40,296 nt of DNA from an uncultured Bacilli bacterium (GTDB taxonomy: Bacteria; Bacillota_I; Bacilli_A; RF39; UBA660): positions 1 to 40,296 of the forward strand of contig CALVUV010000001.1 of NCBI GenBank assembly GCA_944363685.1. The letters run 5' to 3'. This document shows, piece after piece, positions 37,708 through 40,296 of the stretch (its first letter is position 1; every line of letters begins with the position of its first letter). The position numbers and the translations under genes are program-made. The notes under the pieces are model-generated. The model made no database searches and was not told the origin of the DNA. It worked only from the letters and a program-made list of their open reading frames with translations.

Positions 37708-39093
37708 TTAAAACTCACAATTGCCTGGTGTTCTAGGGAATGGTATAACATCTCTAATATTTTCAACTCCAGTTAAGTAAATTAATAAACGTTCAAATCC
37801 CATACCAAAACCAGAATGAACACAACCACCATATTTTCTTAAGTCTAAATACCATTCTAGTCCTTCTTCTTTCATGCCTAACTCATCCATACGTTGTTTT
37901 AACTTAGTATAACAAGCTTCTCTTTCAGATCCTCCCATTAACTCTCCTGCTCCTGGAACTTCAAGATCAACTCCTCTAACAGTTTTACCATCTTCATTTA
38001 ATTTCATATAGAAAGCTTTAATATCTTTAGGCCAATCTTTAATAAATACAGGACCATTAAAATATTCCGTAATATATTTTTCATGTTCTTTAGCAATATC
38101 TTCTCCATATTCTGGAGTAAATTCAAATTTAACTTTAGCATCTTTTAATATTTTAATTACTTCTTCATGAGTAACCCTTGTAAACTTACTATTAACTAAT
38201 TTTTCTAGTTTTTCTATTAGTCCTTTCTCAACAAATTTATCTAAGAATTCCATTTCATCCTTACAATTTTCTAATACATACTTAACTATATATTTAAGCA
38301 TATCTTCTTCAATATCCATAAGTTCATCTATATCACAAAAAGCAATTTCAGGTTCTATCATCCAAAACTCACTAGCATGAACTTTAGTATTAGAATCTTC
38401 TGCTCTAAAAGTTGGACCAAAAGTATATACTTTTTTATAAGCCATTGCAAAAGCTTCCGCTTCAAGTTGTCCTGTAACAGTAAGTCCCACTTTTTTACTG
38501 AAAAAATCATCATTAAAGTTAACATTTCCTTCTTTAGTTATAGGAATATTTTTAAGATCCATAGTTGTAACTTGAAACATTTCTCCAGCACCTTCACCAT
38601 CATTAGCAGTTAAAAGTGGAGTTTGAACATAAACATAACCTCTATCTTGGAAATATTTATGAATAGCATAACTAGCTACACTTCTAACACGAAATACTGC
38701 TTGAAACAAATTTGTTCTAACTCTTAAATGTGCAACTTCTCTTAAAAACTCACGAGAATGTTTTTTAGGTTGAATAGGATAATCTTCTGGACATTCTCCT
38801 AGTAATATAACACCACTAGCTTGTATTTCAAAAGGTTGTCCTTCTTTAGGTGATTTTACTACCTTACCAATTACCTTAATAGCACTACCTACATGATATT
38901 TTTGAATTGTTTCAAAATCACTTAACTTATCATCATAAACAACTTGAATATGTTTAAAACAAGTACCATCAGAAAAGTCTATAAAACCAAACTCTTTTTG
39001 TTTACGATGATTTCTAATCCATCCTTCCAAAGTTACTTCTTTATCCATAAATTCATCTATTTTTTCATATAATTTTTTCGCATCAATTACCAT
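37708..39093 (-). CDS. asnS: asparagine--tRNA ligase
   Basis: Class IIb motifs: FRAEDSNT, HASEFWMIEPE, GFGMGFERL. N-terminal OB fold. AAGGAGG ribosome-binding site. Confidence 0.95.
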   Translation of the reverse strand: MVIDAKKLYEKIDEFMDKEVTLEGWIRNHRKQKEFGFIDFSDGTCFKHIQVVYDDKLSDFETIQKYHVGSAIKVIGKVVKSPKEGQPFEIQASGVILLGECPEDYPIQPKKHSREFLREVAHLRVRTNLFQAVFRVRSVASYAIHKYFQDRGYVYVQTPLLTANDGEGAGEMFQVTTMDLKNIPITKEGNVNFNDDFFSKKVGLTVTGQLEAEAFAMAYKKVYTFGPTFRAEDSNTKVHASEFWMIEPEIAFCDIDELMDIEEDMLKYIVKYVLENCKDEMEFLDKFVEKGLIEKLEKLVNSKFTRVTHEEVIKILKDAKVKFEFTPEYGEDIAKEHEKYITEYFNGPVFIKDWPKDIKAFYMKLNEDGKTVRGVDLEVPGAGELMGGSEREACYTKLKQRMDELGMKEEGLEWYLDLRKYGGCVHSGFGMGFERLLIYLTGVENIRDVIPFPRTPGNCEF

Positions 39094-39123
39094 AATTATT
39101 CCTCCTTATTTATTAGTATAACA

Positions 39124-39666
39124 TCAATTATTTTTAATTAAAACTTTTTCTTGATCCATTGCTTTAATAGGCATAACTTTAGCATCTCTACCAATACTAT
39201 CTAAAAATTTAAAACACTCTTTCGGTGGTAAAAATATACTCATACCATTATACAAAGGATGAAAAGCAATATAATCTACTTCAAGCAATTCTTCATCTAT
39301 AATTAATTCAATTTCTTTATTATAATCATACATCATATTAAAAATAGATACATTACCTGGTGTAGCATTAATTAATTTTTCCATCACACTAGGACTAACA
39401 AATTCTAACTTGCGACAAGATAACTCATCCTTTAAAGTTTTCAAATCTACTCTTTTAGAACTATCTGTTATAATTAAATATTTCTTTTTCTCTCCCTTTT
39501 TCTCTTGAACAAATAAATGTTTACCTACTGCATAATCATTTTCTAAATAATCATTCCATCTACTATAATCAACACAACAAGTAGCTTCTTTATGTCTAAT
39601 ACAATAATCAAAATGTATATCTCTACTATCAAGAGAATTACAAAATAATAGCCCCTTCTTTGTCAT
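39124..39666 (-). CDS. YbaK/ProX-like aminoacyl-tRNA trans-editing domain protein
   Basis: KHLFVQEKKGEKKKYLIIT..KRVDLKTLKDEL..LEFVSP..TPGNVSIFNMM..IAFHPLYNG follows the YbaK/prolyl-tRNA-synthetase-associated domain pattern. There is no clear SD before the ATG at 39666. Confidence 0.55.
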   Translation of the reverse strand: MTKKGLLFCNSLDSRDIHFDYCIRHKEATCCVDYSRWNDYLENDYAVGKHLFVQEKKGEKKKYLIITDSSKRVDLKTLKDELSCRKLEFVSPSVMEKLINATPGNVSIFNMMYDYNKEIELIIDEELLEVDYIAFHPLYNGMSIFLPPKECFKFLDSIGRDAKVMPIKAMDQEKVLIKNN

Positions 39667-39765
39667 TTCAATACGATGGGATTCTTCTTTAGATAAAACA
39701 AAACTTTCATAAATTTTATCTAAAATTCCCTACTTCAAACATATAATCATCTCCTTTAATAAATA

Positions 39766-40045
39766 ATAAAAGACTAGTCCATACCATAATACTTATAGTA
39801 CTATGGGACGAAACTAGTCTTCCGCGGTGCCACCCAATTTATTATAAAGATTATTACTTTACAATCACTCTTTTCGATTCTATCAAATCTTAGCAAATAT
39901 AACGGTCTGCACCCGGCTTAGTCTACTTAATTTCTTTAAGCACTCCGAAATGTTATTCACTATTCACACTTTACTTGTTTACACCAACCACAAGCTCTCT
40001 ATAAAAGATTAGAAATAGTTACTTCTTTTCATCAATGTTTTGATG
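39766..40045 (-). promoter_or_regulatory. T-box riboswitch leader, probable Asn (AAC) specifier
   Basis: On the minus strand: a stem I GA/K-turn GATGAAAAGAAGTA, an AGAGAG bulge, a distal loop TGGTGTAAA, and a specifier loop AATAACA (AAC at 39952-39954). The T-box sequence AAATTGGGTGGCACCGCG lies at 39823-39840. The terminator is AAGACTAGT..ACTAGTCTT plus TTT (39766-39822). Confidence 0.8.
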
Positions 40046-40050
40046 TTATT

Positions 40051-40079
40051 AATATACTATTATTTTATTCACTTGTCAA
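40051..40079 (-). promoter_or_regulatory. sigma-A promoter of the T-box/ybaK-like/asnS operon
   Basis: On the minus strand: TTGACA (40074-40079), a 17-nt spacer, then TATATT (40051-40056). Confidence 0.6.
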
Positions 40080-40089
40080 ATATTTTATT

Positions 40090-40296
40090 CTATTTTTTTA
40101 CTCTAGATTTACCTAAAGGATATTCTCTAACTATCTCCATATCATTTATTTTATCTAATCCTAGACTTTCTATAAAGGTATTATAATCATCACTATCAAC
40201 TATATTAGAATCAGTAAAGACTTTACCATATTTATTATTAGCAAATAAAGATGCTGTTAAAGAGCAAATATCTTTCCTACCATACTTTATAGATAT
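40090..40296 (-). CDS. 3' end of an unidentified CDS, truncated by the window edge
   Basis: An open minus-strand frame runs from the window edge to a TAG at 40090-40092 (..EYPLGKSRVKK-stop). It is not in the supplied ORF track because it is partial. Confidence 0.5.
   Translation of the reverse strand: MSIKYGRKDICSLTASLFANNKYGKVFTDSNIVDSDDYNTFIESLGLDKINDMEIVREYPLGKSRVKK

Overview
Very AT-rich, low-GC Firmicutes-type chromosomal segment read with the standard genetic code. No CRISPR array, rRNA or prophage structural genes were seen. The housekeeping backbone is a SirA-like gene, tkt, tRNA-Thr, a glmS ribozyme plus glmS, tRNA-Arg, tRNA-Met, trxA, cvpA, rnhC, and an Asn T-box leader driving a YbaK-like gene and asnS. 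Three accessory blocks interrupt it. (1) About 2.7-10.3 kb, directly after tRNA-Thr: an integrative-mobilizable-element-like insertion with a large serine recombinase, an oriT-like inverted-repeat region and a MobV relaxase. A second module without a recombinase follows it. Three copies of a motif resembling the tRNA 3' end bound the two modules. The cargo includes three unrelated phosphoesterase/nucleotidase folds (calcineurin-like, 2H HxT..HxT, HAD/NT5C) and several orphan proteins. (2) 10.3-12.8 kb: a ClpX-like AAA+ unfoldase sits downstream of a CysK-family PLP enzyme. It lacks the zinc-finger N-domain and the ClpP-docking IGF loop and carries a novel N-terminal domain. (3) 12.9-16.3 kb: a DUF1835-like gene, an orphan, and a self-contained operon (own promoter) of a minimal radical SAM enzyme plus a 427-aa orphan. 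This block ends in a 4-bp convergent overlap with a housekeeping dehydrogenase. Other points of note: a sortase B gene convergent with a surface protein ending in an NPETS sorting signal; a perfect 32-bp direct repeat (last five codons plus terminator) bracketing a 628-aa gene; a Fic/Doc-family protein with Gln in place of the catalytic His; and an orphan promoter plus terminator upstream of the surface-protein gene. All product calls come from motif recognition by eye, since no database search was possible.
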